Shown: piece after piece, positions 63,195 through 64,000 of the stretch
Layout of the letters: every line of letters starts with the position of its first letter
How positions within the stretch are numbered: position 1 is the first letter of the stretch
Origin: Eledone cirrhosa
Taxonomy: Eukaryota
DNA: 64,000 nt
Direction of reading: 5' to 3'
Assembly (NCBI GenBank): GCA_964016885.1
Contig: OZ024743.1
Span: 92,256,001 to 92,320,000, forward strand
Position numbers and translations under genes: made by a program
The notes under the pieces: generated by a model
What the model was told of the DNA's origin: nothing
Databases searched by the model: none
Seen by the model: only the letters and a program-made list of their open reading frames with translations

Positions 63195-63330
63195 TTGCTA
63201 GAACACCAGAATTACTAGATCATTAGTATTGCTAAGCCACCTGAATTGCTAGAACATCAAAATTGCTAGAATACCAGAATTACTAGAATATGAGTATTGC
63301 TAGAATGCCAGAATTGCTAGAATATCAGAA
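63195..63330. repeat. About 17-bp tandem repeat
   Basis: GAATTGCTAGAA(C/T)A(C/T)CA-like units, about 8 copies. Confidence 0.75.
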
Positions 63331-63689
63331 AAAATGCCTTAATCCTTTAGCATGTAAACCGGCTGTACCTGGCCAGAATTCTCTCACCTCTTTCTGCTCA
63401 AACTGGCCATAACCAGCCACTCATACTTATGTTAAGGTATTGTTCTCAAAATAAATAATATTAAAATCTTGTAGATTCGATATTATGCAAAATAATTATA
63501 TGAGATAAAGTGTTTACCATGAAAATAAAATAGTAAATATTAAGTAATGTAAAGCTAAAAGAGCTTTATATTCAGCCATGGTCAACTTTGTTCTTCATCC
63601 TTCTGTGATTGATAAAATAAGGTACCAGTTAACTACTGGTGTTGATATAATCAACTTCTTGCTCCTAAATTGTTCACCTTCTCCCTTTA

Positions 63690-63872
63690 TTGGCAGTATC
63701 GGTAGAGGGTCGGACGCCATGCTTTGACGCATAGAGTTACGGCCCTTGCCATTCTGAGTTCAAATCCCGCCGAGGTTAACTTTGCCTTTCATCCTTACGG
63801 GGTCGATAAAATAAAGTACCAGTAATGCACTGGAATAATTGCTGGCCTTGTGCCAAACGTAGAAACAATTAT
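63690..63872 (+). mobile_element. tRNA-derived SINE, family A
   Basis: Intact A and B boxes, body and (ATT)n tail. Confidence 0.88.
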
Positions 63873-63959
63873 TATTATCAACATCATCATCATCATTGTC
63901 TCACCATCATCATCATTACCACCACCATTACAATTATCATCATTATCACAATCATCAAA

Positions 63960-63990
<31 letters not shown>

Positions 63991-64000
63991 TCACTGTCAC

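Overview
AT-rich, repeat-dense eukaryotic DNA. The SINE and LINE families and microsatellite style look like an octopus (coleoid cephalopod); this is an inference. The window is mostly intron of one + strand gene. Six frame-compatible exons (34096-34295, 52374-52520, 53919-54086, 57141-57236, 57506-57539, 60081-60133) encode an acidic linker and most of a BCR/ABR-type Dbl-homology (RhoGEF) domain. A possible 63-nt hydrophobic cassette exon lies at 32477-32539. The introns hold an internally deleted Academ (XPG+CXC type) transposon with TIRs and a 3-bp TSD, two R4/Dong-type RLE LINEs, many RTE LINE fragments with a PHD-like finger, and CR1, CRE, hAT and Penelope-like fragments. There are also mariner-, pogo- and piggyBac-like MITEs, a Helitron-like element, two or three tRNA-derived SINE families and several minisatellites. 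The least obvious signals: (i) repeated head-to-head palindromes of Penelope-type terminal repeats carrying minimal hammerhead-ribozyme motifs, two with canonical cores; (ii) three large minisatellites that each arose inside a transposon; (iii) long inverted RTE pairs able to form intronic dsRNA; (iv) TE insertions abutting splice sites of the RhoGEF gene. No CRISPR, rRNA or true tRNA genes were seen. Most ORFs in the track are microsatellite or antisense artefacts.
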